A stretch of 64,000 nucleotides of DNA from Candidatus Bathyarchaeota archaeon (GCA_963726255.1 CAVSBL010000002.1:96001-160000), one strand, 5' to 3'; shown: positions 1-10,455, counted from the first letter of the stretch. Numbers and translations are program-made. Notes: a model not told the origin generated them from the sequence alone.

Positions 1-815
1 ACAGAGTGTAGGTGGGAGCCTTCGAAGTCAACTCTTCGGGGTTGATGGAGGCAACAATGTAACACCACCTATCTGCGATCGCATCTCTAACTGTGCCTTA
101 GTGCACAGAACAACGGCTGGCGGGCAGTTCGGCTGGGGCGGCACCCCCTTGAAAAAATATCAAGGGGGCCCAAAGCTTGGCTCATCCGGGACAGAAACCC
201 GGAGTAGAGGGCAAGACCAAAAGCCAGGCTGACTGGATGCTCATCAGCAAGGCATCCAGAGGCGAAAGCCGGGTCTAGCGATCATTCATGTCCCCATTGT
301 TGGGGGCTGGATGTGACAGAAAAATTACCCCGGGAGTAATTGGCTCGTCTCCTCTGAGAGTCCCCATCGACGAGGAGGATTGGTTCTCCGCCGTCGTCCC
401 TTCCCATCCTGGGCCCGCAGCAGGGTCCAAGGGCGCGGCTGTTCGCCGATTAAAGGGGAATGCGAGATGGGTTTAGACCGTCGCGAGACAGGTCGGCCTC
501 TACCTGCTGGAAGTGCTGGTTGCCTGAGGGGAAGGCGCCCCTAGTACGAGAGGAACGGGGTATCGCAGCCTCTAGTTTACCGGTTGTCCGACAGGGCACT
601 GCCGGGCAGCCACGCTGTCGAGGATAAGGGCTGAAAGCATCTAAGCCTGAAGCCTCTCCCGAAAAAAGGCAGCCATTCTAACCCAAGACACCTGGCAACG
701 GGCGTCAGGGTTGGACAAGGGCTCCCAAAGAAGATGGGTTTGATGGAGCAGGCGTGTAAGCACGAAGACTTCGGTCGACGTGTTTAGCGCGCTGCCCCCA
801 ATCGCTCAAGGTGCT
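1..815 (+). rRNA. rrl: 23S rRNA gene, 3' portion (domains V-VI); 5' part lies outside the window, 3' end approximate
   Basis: Archaeal-type peptidyl-transferase-centre sequence (gttcgccgattaaag, gggtttagaccgtcgcgagacaggtcgg), sarcin-ricin loop ctagtacgagaggaac at ~541-556, and gctgaaagcatctaag. No 5S gene follows. Confidence 0.97.
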
Positions 816-957
816 GAACTGAAAATGGAATCCACCGTCAAATACACGTTCGAGGCCTATGCACGGTGCGAACCACTATCCCCTAACTCAGTTTTTTATA
901 CGTGTCACACCGTAGAATCCACTCCGAACTTTCCTTACAGACGACGGAGACCTGACC

Positions 958-2073
958 ATGATCAGAAAGATTCGCACTCGATCTATCTGTGCCTTAATCC
1001 TACTACTTGCTCTCATAGTTCTTTCCGCAAACGGACCCTATGTTACGAGGTTCGCGAGTGCTCAAGGAGCGCTTCCGACCATAACCTCGTACCGCGTAGA
1101 CGGCGCCCCTAACTATGATGCCCCCGGTAGCGAATCATTCTGGAATAGTGTCGGCGAGACAACGGTTCCATTAGCGGCCTCAGTGTCACCAGGTGGGGGT
1201 CATACCGCGAATGTCCTTGTCAAGTCCGCCAATAATGGGTACGATATCTACATCCTACTTCAGTGGCATGATGATCAGGGGCCCTCCTTCGGCTCCGCAA
1301 GCGAAATCTACCAAGCACAGAATGGAACGCTGCTACCCTTGGATCCTGCGAGCACTTCCAACGTGGGCCAATTATTTTACAATTCAACCTACTACTACCA
1401 AGACCGAGCAGCAGTGCTCTGGTTCCTTCCAAGTGCTTCCAACAGACAGCAGTCACCTGTAATGGAACTTGGGTCAAGTGGCGCCATTACTGGCGGCGCC
1501 GCGGACATTTGGCATTGGCAGTCAGTGCCAACTGACAATAGCTCCAACGATACTGATTTCCCAGGGGGCTATACGGACCCATCCGGAAACCCCATCTTTC
1601 CATCCGATAACTTGTCCTTCGCGGAGGATGACTACACTAACACGACAGGGTTCTTTGTTATCGCAGGCAGTTTTGGGCAAGACTCGCCGAACCTAGTCCC
1701 CAACGCAGACCCCTACATAGTCCACGTTGGAAATTCCTTCTCTACAACCGAGAAGACTTGGACGGTTGAAATGGTCAGGGCTTTCAATCCCTCGGACGCG
1801 GCAGGATATAGAGTGCTGCTTGCAAACGGGGCGAATTATTTCGTTGCCTTCGCTATTTGGAACGGAAGGTTGGGAGAGTCTGCCCACATCAAATCTGTCT
1901 CGCCATGGTACAACCTAGCGATAAGCAGCCAAGCACAACCAACACCAACAACCCAGCCCACTGGAGGCGGCGTCAGCCCTGCACTATCTGCTGTAGTTGC
2001 TATCGGTCTCCTCATCGTTGGAGTCGTCATTGGAATCCTGACAAGACCGAAACCGAAGAGAAGTAGGCGGTGA
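958..2073 (+). CDS. CbsA/ethylbenzene-dehydrogenase-gamma-like heme b (DOMON-type) membrane-anchored cytochrome
   Basis: N-terminal signal/TM; motifs YILLQWHD, QDRAAVLW, ADIWHW, WTVEMVR, FVAFAIWNG..GE...KS typical of EB_dh/cytochrome b558/566 subunit A; C-terminal TM; directly upstream of a Rieske gene. Confidence 0.75.
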   Translation: MIRKIRTRSICALILLLALIVLSANGPYVTRFASAQGALPTITSYRVDGAPNYDAPGSESFWNSVGETTVPLAASVSPGGGHTANVLVKSANNGYDIYILLQWHDDQGPSFGSASEIYQAQNGTLLPLDPASTSNVGQLFYNSTYYYQDRAAVLWFLPSASNRQQSPVMELGSSGAITGGAADIWHWQSVPTDNSSNDTDFPGGYTDPSGNPIFPSDNLSFAEDDYTNTTGFFVIAGSFGQDSPNLVPNADPYIVHVGNSFSTTEKTWTVEMVRAFNPSDAAGYRVLLANGANYFVAFAIWNGRLGESAHIKSVSPWYNLAISSQAQPTPTTQPTGGGVSPALSAVVAIGLLIVGVVIGILTRPKPKRSRR

Positions 2074-2077
2074 CGCA

Positions 2078-2707
2078 ATGGCCGCGCAAGAACGGTGGCG
2101 GAGAGTTAAGGAAACAAGACGGAACTTCCTAAAGGTCATCTTGACCTTCTCGGGCCTGTTAGTTATTGGCGGCGTTGCGGCCATCGCCAAGTCCATTACA
2201 AATTCAGCTGAAGGCACGAAGAACCCTGTCGGAACAAAATCATTTCCAAGAGTAAAGGTCGCCCAACTGGCCGATTTGAGCGTCAATCAACCAGTGGTCT
2301 TTGCGTATCCATTGGACAATGAGCCGAACATTCTCGTTAAACTGGGGCAGAAGGCCGACGGTGGAGTTGGCCCGGAGGGTGACCTAGTCGCATTTAGCGG
2401 CGTCTGCCAGCACCTGGGATGCATCTACGCCTTTCAGGCACCCGGAACATCTCCGACGTGTAACGCTTCCTACAGCGCGGCAGGGCCGGAAGGGTATTGC
2501 TGTTGTCATGGGAGCGTCTTCGACTTTCTGCATGGAGCGAAAGTGCGTTCAGGCCCTTCTCCGAGGCCTCAACCTCAAGTTCTCTTGGAAGTTGACGAAT
2601 CAGGAAATGTCTACGCGACGGGAATGACTCCGCCTACGATCTTCGGACATAACACCGGATCCAACGACGTTTCCTCAGATCTTGAAGGCGGAAACCCAGT
2701 GAGTTAA
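2078..2707 (+). CDS. Rieske 2Fe-2S protein (SoxL/AioB-like) with Tat signal
   Basis: Twin-arginine RRNFLK plus TM; Rieske boxes CQHLGC and CCHGS; GPSPRP motif. Confidence 0.93.
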   Translation: MAAQERWRRVKETRRNFLKVILTFSGLLVIGGVAAIAKSITNSAEGTKNPVGTKSFPRVKVAQLADLSVNQPVVFAYPLDNEPNILVKLGQKADGGVGPEGDLVAFSGVCQHLGCIYAFQAPGTSPTCNASYSAAGPEGYCCCHGSVFDFLHGAKVRSGPSPRPQPQVLLEVDESGNVYATGMTPPTIFGHNTGSNDVSSDLEGGNPVS

Positions 2708-2712
2708 TCTCT

Positions 2713-4200
2713 GTGAAACGAAACGAATACGATAACACGCTTGCTCGTCTGGTTAAATGGTTCGATAGTAGGCTAGGGCTCTCTTACCCGCTCCTGAGGC
2801 CTGCCCCCGCCTATTCGATCAACCCATTCTACTGGTTGGGAGCGCTCACCGTCGTAGCCTTTCTGATTCAAGGTGTCACGGGCGTCATAATGATGCTCTA
2901 CTACGTCCCCAGCCCAGCCGCGGCTTTCCCGTCAACTCAGTACATCTTCCAGGATGTCTACTATGGTAGGTTTCTGCAGACCGTTCATCTCTACACAGCT
3001 TACGCGATGATAGTGCTAGCGTTCATGCACATGATGCGAGGTTACTTCGTGTCGGTCTACAAGAAGCCGAGAGAAATGATGTGGGTTGTTGGGATGGTGA
3101 TGGGCTTCGTTACGCTAGGTTTTGGCTTCACAGGATACTTACTTCCGTGGACCGTGATTTCAAAATCTGCCACTGACGTTGGAATCGGGATAATCGATGC
3201 CTTGCCGCCCTCGCTGGCCTCATTTGTAAGCTTCCTGGCCGTTGGTGCAGGCGGAGATGCTACGGAACTGCTTCGGTTCTACGATTTGCATGTCGTAGTC
3301 CTCCCAGCGGTCTTACTAGTTCTCCTCACAACAAAGATGTACATGCTGGAAACTCACGGCATCTCAAAACCAGCAACAGGCCAACCTGCTCGCGGGAAAG
3401 AAACCAAGCTAATCCCGATTTTTCCGGATGTTCTCATGTACCTCCTCGAACTGGCAGCCATCTTCGGGAGCATGATGTTACTGATCTCCGTCATCTTCCC
3501 CCTAAGCCTTCCTCCGCAGTACACTCCGGAACTCGCCGCCCAATTCGTCCCACAACCAGACTGGTACTTCCTCTGGATCTACCAAATTCTCAAGATCTCG
3601 ATATTCGAAGGGCCCGGTCTTCCGATAGCACTCGCGATGGTAACAATAGTCTTCATCGTGCTCATTCTTCTTCCTTTCATCGACCGCGGGGCGGGCAGGA
3701 TGATTCGTGAAAGGCCTATGCATGTTACCCTTGGCCTAATCTTCATCGGTGAACTGATTGTGCTTGCATATTGGGGGCTTCTGACGCCGGGCCAGATCAT
3801 TCCATTCGATCAAGCTGCGGCAGTCCTAGGAGGTACGGCCCTCGTCATCGCTCTAATCTCATTCCTTCTGTACGTACTGACACAGAGCAAGCGATCAGGC
3901 CAAGCCGGGGTCGCGAAACCGCCAACGGGGTTGCGGAGACTGCCCGTCGCGATTTGCTTCGTCGGTGTGATAGCGCTTGGTTCTCTTGGGATCGGCAGGT
4001 CCCTGAATGACGTCGTGGAGATGGCTTTGAGTGGGTTTAGTCTTGCGAGGGAGGTGAGCTTTGGCTTTTCGCTTTCTTTGATTGGGGTCGCAGTGCTTGC
4101 CGCGATGTACCTATTGTATTGGCTTGGGTTCGAAGAAGGTTCGCTCAAGAGGAGAATCTACTTGTTCGACCTAGGATTGAGGGCGAATGGACCAAAGTGA
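2713..4200 (+). CDS. Cytochrome b of a Rieske/cytochrome b complex (fused cytochrome b/subunit IV, SoxN-like)
   Basis: Heme-ligand His in VHLY, MHMMRG and LHVVVLP; GFTGYLLPW; PDWY (PEWY-equivalent) Qo motif; many TMs. Confidence 0.93.
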   Translation: MKRNEYDNTLARLVKWFDSRLGLSYPLLRPAPAYSINPFYWLGALTVVAFLIQGVTGVIMMLYYVPSPAAAFPSTQYIFQDVYYGRFLQTVHLYTAYAMIVLAFMHMMRGYFVSVYKKPREMMWVVGMVMGFVTLGFGFTGYLLPWTVISKSATDVGIGIIDALPPSLASFVSFLAVGAGGDATELLRFYDLHVVVLPAVLLVLLTTKMYMLETHGISKPATGQPARGKETKLIPIFPDVLMYLLELAAIFGSMMLLISVIFPLSLPPQYTPELAAQFVPQPDWYFLWIYQILKISIFEGPGLPIALAMVTIVFIVLILLPFIDRGAGRMIRERPMHVTLGLIFIGELIVLAYWGLLTPGQIIPFDQAAAVLGGTALVIALISFLLYVLTQSKRSGQAGVAKPPTGLRRLPVAICFVGVIALGSLGIGRSLNDVVEMALSGFSLAREVSFGFSLSLIGVAVLAAMYLLYWLGFEEGSLKRRIYLFDLGLRANGPK

Positions 4201-4447
4201 ACAGATAGTTAGTTTACTCTTTTTGCTACAGGCGGTCGCGACCGTTTTCCTTTGGACTCTCGACGCGTTGAGCACCGTAAGCGAAGGCAAATTCGCAGTT
4301 TTCCTAGCCGTCGACCTGCTATCCTTTGCCATGATCTCTCACATATATCGGACGCAGAGATGGAAGAGGCTTCCCAACAGAACTTGGCTACTGTTGGGTT
4401 CTATTGGGCTAGTCATACTAATACTATCAGGCCTCCTCTTCCCATAA
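4187..4447 (+). CDS. Small 3-TM membrane protein, probable accessory subunit of the Rieske/cytochrome b complex
   Basis: Overlaps the end of the cytochrome b gene; three hydrophobic segments. Confidence 0.65.
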   Translation: MDQSEQIVSLLFLLQAVATVFLWTLDALSTVSEGKFAVFLAVDLLSFAMISHIYRTQRWKRLPNRTWLLLGSIGLVILILSGLLFP

Positions 4448-4619
4448 GTGAAACGTAGTCCCGAAGCCGGCCAAATGTTCACTTGCGGTCAACATCATAT
4501 TGATGCCGTAATGGCATACGGCATTGCGAAATCTTAGTCATGCGCGGGACAAGAAAAGTTATTGACGCACTCCTTCCTCAGGTGGCGTGCAGACTCATAT
4601 GAACGGGCGGTTGTGAGTA

Positions 4620-5090
4620 GTGGAGGATATTGTTTGGGATAGAGCGAAAGGTGAGCTGCGTATTGTGGGGAAGAGGCATGTGGCACTTGATGCCGAGGCG
4701 TTGTGCAGACACCTTGACGGCCTCGTTGGGTCGTCGGTTGCCGAGGTCATAATTCGAAATCATGAATTTCATCTAGGGAAAGAGGATGCGGAGAAGCATC
4801 GTAGAGATAACCCGAAGGCTACCATCGAGGATACCATTGAAATGGTCAAGTTGACCGACCTGCTTTCCGGCGTTGGTGTCACCAAGCATACTCTGAATCC
4901 TGATCACTCGGTTTCAATTGAGATAGCGAATCCATGCGTCAAGGAAGCCACCGGCGCCGCAAAGTCGCTACTCTTCGGCTACTGGAGCGGAATATTCTCA
5001 CACCTGTTCGGTAAGAACTATGAAGCGAACGACGTTTACTTCAACGAATCGAAAAACGTTCTGTCCGCCCGACTCGTCCCCAGAAGTTGA
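4620..5090 (+). CDS. V4R-like small-ligand-binding domain protein
   Basis: GELRIVGKRHV, SGVG and GYWSGIFSHLFG patterns resemble V4R/XylR-N domains; BRE/TATA-like gaaaagttatt upstream. Confidence 0.55.
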   Translation: MEDIVWDRAKGELRIVGKRHVALDAEALCRHLDGLVGSSVAEVIIRNHEFHLGKEDAEKHRRDNPKATIEDTIEMVKLTDLLSGVGVTKHTLNPDHSVSIEIANPCVKEATGAAKSLLFGYWSGIFSHLFGKNYEANDVYFNESKNVLSARLVPRS

Positions 5091-5485
5091 ACGGAATGAG
5101 CCCTGAAAAACTGGTCATTACTGCCGACGAAGTTTTCGCCGTCAACAAGAAGATTCGCTGGGTAGCACTAGCCTCGGATGAAGGGGATGTGTTGCTGAAC
5201 CAGATGCGGCCAGACGTACGAACCTATTCGCCCACCAAGTTCGACCGTGAATTCGTCACCCTCGGACCATTAACTATCATGGGCATCTGCGAGAGGTATG
5301 CCGAGTATGTACACGGCGTCGATTGTATCGTCGTCTGGTTCGGACTCGTTGCATGCATTTTTGCTCGGCTGGGGAAGCAAGTATTGGCGGTTTCAATGGA
5401 AAGAGACCGAGAGGCGGTATTAGCATTCGAGAAATGGCTGGAACGGAAGCGAAGAGAGATCACTGCAGACTTGCAAAAGAAATAA
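5087..5485 (+). CDS. Hypothetical protein, possible roadblock/profilin-like fold
   Basis: Translationally coupled to the upstream gene; IRWVALASDEG pattern seen in TACK roadblock-like proteins. Confidence 0.5.
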   Translation: MNGMSPEKLVITADEVFAVNKKIRWVALASDEGDVLLNQMRPDVRTYSPTKFDREFVTLGPLTIMGICERYAEYVHGVDCIVVWFGLVACIFARLGKQVLAVSMERDREAVLAFEKWLERKRREITADLQKK

Positions 5486-5632
5486 TCTCTCACTGGGGTA
5501 AGCATGCGCCCCAAGTCAGTGCCCTTTTCCGTCGATGTTGGTGGTCTTTTCATCTACGCGTCTGCGATTTGTAGTTATGACCCGTAATTGCAATAATTAA
5601 GCAACCACTAAGGGACCGCCTCCGTGATTTGA

Positions 5633-6895
5633 TTGGCCTCAATGGAATATGGTGATTCTTTCAAGGCAAAGCATCTCAAGGGATTGTCGCCGAGGGCGTT
5701 CTTTTGGATTTCATTATTCATTCTAAGCTCAATGGCCGTAGCTATCGAGGTCGGCTTCAGTGCCAATTATCTAACTCCGGTCACCGCGCCTCAGCTTTCA
5801 AACAATTCAACTTCGCAGGGGCTTATTGTTGACGTGTACACCGATAATGCCGGTCGAGGAGCAAACGTGCCGATCGGAACCTACACCGTGGGAGACTAAA
5901 TCAAATTCTACGTCTCACTCAGCCAAAATTGTTTGATAAAGCTTGAATTCATAACACCTGATGGTTCGATTTGGATTCACGAGGTGGCACTAGTAAGCGC
6001 TGGAACTTTCGTGGACTATTTTGAAGCGCAGTATCCCATCGGGCTATGGAGAATAGTGGTCGTAGCCCAACAGGGCTCAAGCACCGTCACGGAAACTGCT
6101 CCGTTTGAGGTGGTTGACAAGGCGCTCTATACTTTTACCCGAACAGTCTCATCCAACGCAAGTATCATTGAAGAAACCAGATTCGACGGGAAAGTCGTGC
6201 AGGTTTACCTATACCCGAGGGGAGGCGTTTATGGTTGGAACATATCGATCACACGCGTTTACCAAGGGCCAGAATCTATCAACACGACCGTGAGCGTTGG
6301 AGTAGTCACATATAATGAGGTTGTGAGCGTGTTGCCCAGCCTTCGTGCGGGCTACGTCGATCCAAACATCACGTTAGGAGATCAGGTGCAGGTTTACGGC
6401 TTGCTCTCTCAGAATACGGGCAAATTATCCGTCACCTTGAATGGTTCCGAGAATTACTACATCAAGAAAGCGAGCACGCTGTTCAACTCACCTGAAATCA
6501 TCTTGTTTGCAAGAGACGTATTTTCCGAAAATCTCACGGTAAGAATTGGCGGAATCGCTATCCCAGGAACCCAAAACGCCAAAATCACAACAGTGAACTG
6601 GAGTTGGGGAGACGGCCAAACCTCAGAACAACAATTTCCTGCAACCCACACGTACGACAAAGTAGGGACCTACGTCATTCAGATCAGCGCTACTCAAAAC
6701 GATGGCCTGTCGACAATCAAATCACTTTCAGTAACCGTCTCACCGAATGTGCACTCTGAAGCCGCGACTCAAACAACTGTTGCGAAAGCAAGTGATTCGA
6801 CGTTCGCCTTAGCAGCGGTCATAGCGACGATCGCACTGGTTTTGGTTGCAACCATACGATTCAGATTAAAGAAAGCGAAGTCAGCTACGACGTAG
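5633..6895 (+). pseudogene. PKD-domain cell-surface protein interrupted by an in-frame TAA at 5897-5899
   Basis: ORFs 5633-5899 and 5933-6895 are in the same frame (GTYTVGD*IKFYVSLSQNCLIKL); PKD motif WSWGDG...THTY; N- and C-terminal TMs. Confidence 0.75.
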
Positions 6896-7017
6896 TCGCT
6901 ACGGTACACCCACGCCAGGCTGTGTTTTGGAATAGTGCGATGCGACAAGTGCCATTATCTGTCACGGCGACAAGCGACCGAATACCATTCACAATCAAGT
7001 TGGCCACTAGTGGAAGC

Positions 7018-7110
7018 TGGTGGGCCTGGCCGGATTCGAACCGGCGACCCCACGATTTCTGAGAAGCACCCTATCAGTCGTGTGCTCCAGCCAAGCTGAG
7101 CTACAGGCCC
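7018..7110 (-). tRNA. tRNA-Ile(GAT) with a 15-nt canonical 37/38 intron (7057-7071), CCA encoded
   Basis: Minus strand GGGCCTGTAGCTCAGCTTGG...CACGA CT GAT A [intron] A TCGTG...GGTTCGAATCCGGCCAGGCCCACCA; clean bulge-helix-bulge (CTGA/TCAG). Confidence 0.95.
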
Positions 7111-7458
7111 TGCCGTGGGGGTGTGCTAATCCTTTTGTTTTAAGGATTTGTTCGCACTTCCGTTCAGGTTTAGTGTGTTGGTTATCTGTTTTTCAGAGAA
7201 TACGGACAGCTGAGTATCTTTCAAGGCTTGGCCAGTCCTGATGCGACATGTGCATGCTGTATATCTGATTCAGGTTTGGTCAGACGGTGGACAGTTCTCA
7301 CGATTCGGAGGTTTGAGTCGTGCAGATGTGTCGGGACCGAGTGTTCCCAGCTTGGGTTGAGGGGAACACATCTTTGCTTAGGGAGTATGTTCCATCTATA
7401 GAATCCATACGGCACTATGATTAGCATATACTTCGAGTGATGGTCCATCCAATGGAGT

Positions 7459-8022
7459 TTGAAGAACGTGCATGAGGTTAGATTTCACGGCCGAGCCGGT
7501 CAAGGCATACTGACCGCCAGCCGCCTGTTTGCTCAAGCCGCAATTCTGGACGGCAAGTATGCACAAGCGTTCCCCGACTTTGGTCCAGAACGATTGGGAT
7601 CGCCGGTAGCGGCATTTGCCCGCATCGATGACCAACCAATCGAAATCAGGAGCCAAATATACACCCCGACAGCTGTCGCAGTCTTCGAAAAAAGCCTGTT
7701 GGCGACAGTGCCTGTAACGCGAGGGCTCGTACCAGAGGGGCGTTTTGTGGTAAACTCCACAGAGTTAGAAGCGTCCGTTGTCAAGAAAATGAGTGATGAG
7801 TCCAAGGCATCCGCGTTTGTCGTCGACGCCTCTCGAATTGCAAGGGAACTAATCGGGACCCCCACCGTAAGCACGATAATGCTTGGGGCACTTGCGAACG
7901 CGTCTGCTTGCCTTAGCATCGAGGCCTTAGAATCTGCCGTGAAACAGAGGTTCCACGGCGAGTCGGGTGAAGTTAACGCGAAGATGGTTAGGATGGGGTT
8001 CAAGGAGGTTAAGCAAATTTGA
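7459..8022 (+). CDS. porG: Pyruvate/2-oxoacid:ferredoxin oxidoreductase gamma subunit
   Basis: EVRFHGRAGQG, QAFPDFGPERLGSPV. Confidence 0.92.
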   Translation: MKNVHEVRFHGRAGQGILTASRLFAQAAILDGKYAQAFPDFGPERLGSPVAAFARIDDQPIEIRSQIYTPTAVAVFEKSLLATVPVTRGLVPEGRFVVNSTELEASVVKKMSDESKASAFVVDASRIARELIGTPTVSTIMLGALANASACLSIEALESAVKQRFHGESGEVNAKMVRMGFKEVKQI

Positions 8023-8300
8023 AGGCTGCCGCAAAAGCTGGCTGGCGAGACATGGTTCGCGGCGCCGTAATTGTCGAACCAGGTTCTGCTAGAGAATTCA
8101 AGACTGGGGATTGGAAGACTAAGAAACCTATCTTGAATGAGGCGAAGTGTACCAACTGCCTCTTCTGTTGGATTTGGTGCCCCGAACCAGCAATTTTGCG
8201 CGGGCCGAAGGTCATCTCCTTCGACTACAACTATTGCAAGGGTTGCGGCATATGCGCAGTTGAATGTCCAGTCAAAGCAATCACGATGGAGGAGGAATAA
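8019..8300 (+). CDS. porD: Pyruvate/2-oxoacid:ferredoxin oxidoreductase delta subunit (2x[4Fe-4S])
   Basis: KTGDW; CTNCLFCWIWCP and CKGCGICAVECP. Confidence 0.93.
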   Translation: MKAAAKAGWRDMVRGAVIVEPGSAREFKTGDWKTKKPILNEAKCTNCLFCWIWCPEPAILRGPKVISFDYNYCKGCGICAVECPVKAITMEEE

Positions 8301-8303
8301 ACG

Positions 8304-9494
8304 ATGCAAAATACGAAGAAGACCCAACTGGTCCCGATGAGTGGGTCAGAAGCAATCGCAAAGGCAGTAATCCAGTCAAACGTGGATTTCATCTCAGCGT
8401 ACCCGATTACACCGCAGACAATAATTGTCGAACGCCTCAGCGACCTTGTGGCGGGCGGCGAGACCAAAGCGAAGTTTGTGAACGTAGAATCCGAACACTC
8501 TGCCCTCTCAGCGTGTGTTGGAGCGTGCCTGGCTGGTGGACGTGTCTTCACTGCAACTTCCAGCCAAGGCTTGGCTCTGATGCATGAAGTCCTCTACCTT
8601 ACGTCAGGTCTTAGGTGCCCAATTGTGATGGCGGTCGCCAACCGAGCACTCTCGGCTCCCATCAGCATTCACGGCGATCACTCCGACATGATGGGGTCAA
8701 GAGATTCCGGGTGGATTCAACTCTACGTTGAGAACGCGCAGGAAGGATACGATTGGATAATGCAGGCCTACCGAATTGCAGAAGATGAGCGTGTCTCATT
8801 ACCGTTCACGGTAAACATGGATGGCTACGTGATAACGCACTCAGTTGAACCACTAGAACTAGTCAATCAGAGCGAAGCAAACAAGTTTCTACCCGCGAGA
8901 CAATCTAGCCTGAAGCTCGACACCAAAAAACCAATTACGTTTGGGACGCTAACCCTACCTGACTACTACACGGAGTTCAAGAAACAACAGGACGAGGCGA
9001 TGCGAGCCGTCCCGGAAGTCTTCAACGAAGTGACAAAAGAATTCGCTGAACTAACGAGCCGCCGCTACGAGGAGATTACCCCTTACGCTATGGAAGACGC
9101 GAAGGTAGCGATCGTTTCCCTAGGGAGCGCATCAGGGACGGTGAGATGGGTCGTCCGCAATCTACGAAAACAAGGCCTACCTGTGGGCGCGATGAAAATC
9201 GCACTCTTCAGGCCATTCCCACATGAACAGGTCGGGAAACTGCTTGAACACCTCGATGTCGTAATAGTCCTAGAACGAGCCCTTAGCATAGGCGCCCATT
9301 GTGGGCCACTAGCCAGCGACGTAGTCTGCTCACTCTACAACCGCTCAGGGCAACCAAGAGTCTTAGATGTGGTAGCTGGGCTGGGAGGCCGCGACCTCTC
9401 GCCCGACAGCATTGAACAGATCTTCCGGACCGGGCTTGGAGCCGCTTCAAGGCCCACGGGCCTAGAGATGGAATTTGCGGGGGTGCGAGAGTAG
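8304..9494 (+). CDS. porA: Pyruvate/2-oxoacid:ferredoxin oxidoreductase alpha subunit
   Basis: AYPITPQT, VESEHSA, ATSSQGL, GLGGRD. Confidence 0.94.
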   Translation: MQNTKKTQLVPMSGSEAIAKAVIQSNVDFISAYPITPQTIIVERLSDLVAGGETKAKFVNVESEHSALSACVGACLAGGRVFTATSSQGLALMHEVLYLTSGLRCPIVMAVANRALSAPISIHGDHSDMMGSRDSGWIQLYVENAQEGYDWIMQAYRIAEDERVSLPFTVNMDGYVITHSVEPLELVNQSEANKFLPARQSSLKLDTKKPITFGTLTLPDYYTEFKKQQDEAMRAVPEVFNEVTKEFAELTSRRYEEITPYAMEDAKVAIVSLGSASGTVRWVVRNLRKQGLPVGAMKIALFRPFPHEQVGKLLEHLDVVIVLERALSIGAHCGPLASDVVCSLYNRSGQPRVLDVVAGLGGRDLSPDSIEQIFRTGLGAASRPTGLEMEFAGVRE

Positions 9495-10415
9495 ATGCCA
9501 ACCCTCAGAGAGCTGCAAGTCGAAGAACTATACGGCCCAGGACATCGACTCTGCGCTGGTTGCGGCGCATCGATCACAGCCCGAATGACATTGAAAGCCC
9601 TGAAACGGCCGACGTATGTCGTTAACGCAACCGGTTGTCTTGAAGTAGCAACGACGATCTACCCCTACACCGCTTGGCGGGTCCCTTGGGTTCACGGGCT
9701 GTTCGAAAACGCACCAGCCATAGCGAGTGGAGTCGAGACCTACCTGAAATCAATGAACGGCGGGAAGCTGGATGCGGACATAGTAATATTCGGCGGCGAC
9801 GGCGGAACTTTCGACATCGGTCTACAAGCGCTTTCAGGAGCTTTCGAAAGAAGGCACGACTTCGTCTACATATGTTATGACAACGAAGCGTACATGAATA
9901 CGGGAATTCAGCGTTCCAGCGCGACACCCGAAGGGGCTTGGACAACAACCACGCCAATCGGCGTAGCATCGCCGGGGAAGACAGGGCCGAAGAAAGATCT
10001 TGTCGCGATCGCACTAGCACACCACGTAGATTACGCGGCCACAGCCTCAACCGCCTATTGGAGCGACTTCATAACTAAAGTTCAGAAGGCAGCAGCGGTC
10101 GATGGCCCGGCCTTAATTCACGCAATCGCCCCCTGCCCGCTGGGCTGGCGTTTCAAGACGGAACAAACAATCCAGATGGGAAGGCTCGCGGTTCAAACTC
10201 GCTACTTCCCCCTGTATGAAGTTGAGAGAGGAAAGTACAAGCTCAGCTTCAACCCTCATGTTGAACCACTCGAAACCTTCCTCCGCATGCAGGGACGATT
10301 CAGCCACCTATTCCTGCCTCAGTACACTGACGAGCTGAACACTCTGAAGGCCCAGGTGGAGCAGCGGTGGGCCGCGCTCCAAGAACTCTGCCAGGGAAAA
10401 TATCCCACTTGGTGA
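9495..10415 (+). CDS. porB: Pyruvate/2-oxoacid:ferredoxin oxidoreductase beta subunit
   Basis: GHRLCAGCG; TPP motif GGDGG...DNEAYMNTGIQRS; PCP. Confidence 0.94.
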   Translation: MPTLRELQVEELYGPGHRLCAGCGASITARMTLKALKRPTYVVNATGCLEVATTIYPYTAWRVPWVHGLFENAPAIASGVETYLKSMNGGKLDADIVIFGGDGGTFDIGLQALSGAFERRHDFVYICYDNEAYMNTGIQRSSATPEGAWTTTTPIGVASPGKTGPKKDLVAIALAHHVDYAATASTAYWSDFITKVQKAAAVDGPALIHAIAPCPLGWRFKTEQTIQMGRLAVQTRYFPLYEVERGKYKLSFNPHVEPLETFLRMQGRFSHLFLPQYTDELNTLKAQVEQRWAALQELCQGKYPTW

Positions 10416-10455
10416 CGTTATCAAGCCGAAGTCAGCCGTATGGAGGTGAGAATGT

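Noticed and set aside
288-476. 62-aa ORF in the ORF track
   Set aside because: Lies inside the 23S rRNA gene.
2078-2707. Arsenite oxidase small subunit (AioB) call
   Set aside because: No molybdopterin large subunit is adjacent; the neighbour is cytochrome b, so a Rieske/cytochrome b complex fits better.
5897-5899. Selenocysteine or pyrrolysine read-through at the in-frame stops (also 50187)
   Set aside because: Both stops are TAA, not TGA or TAG.
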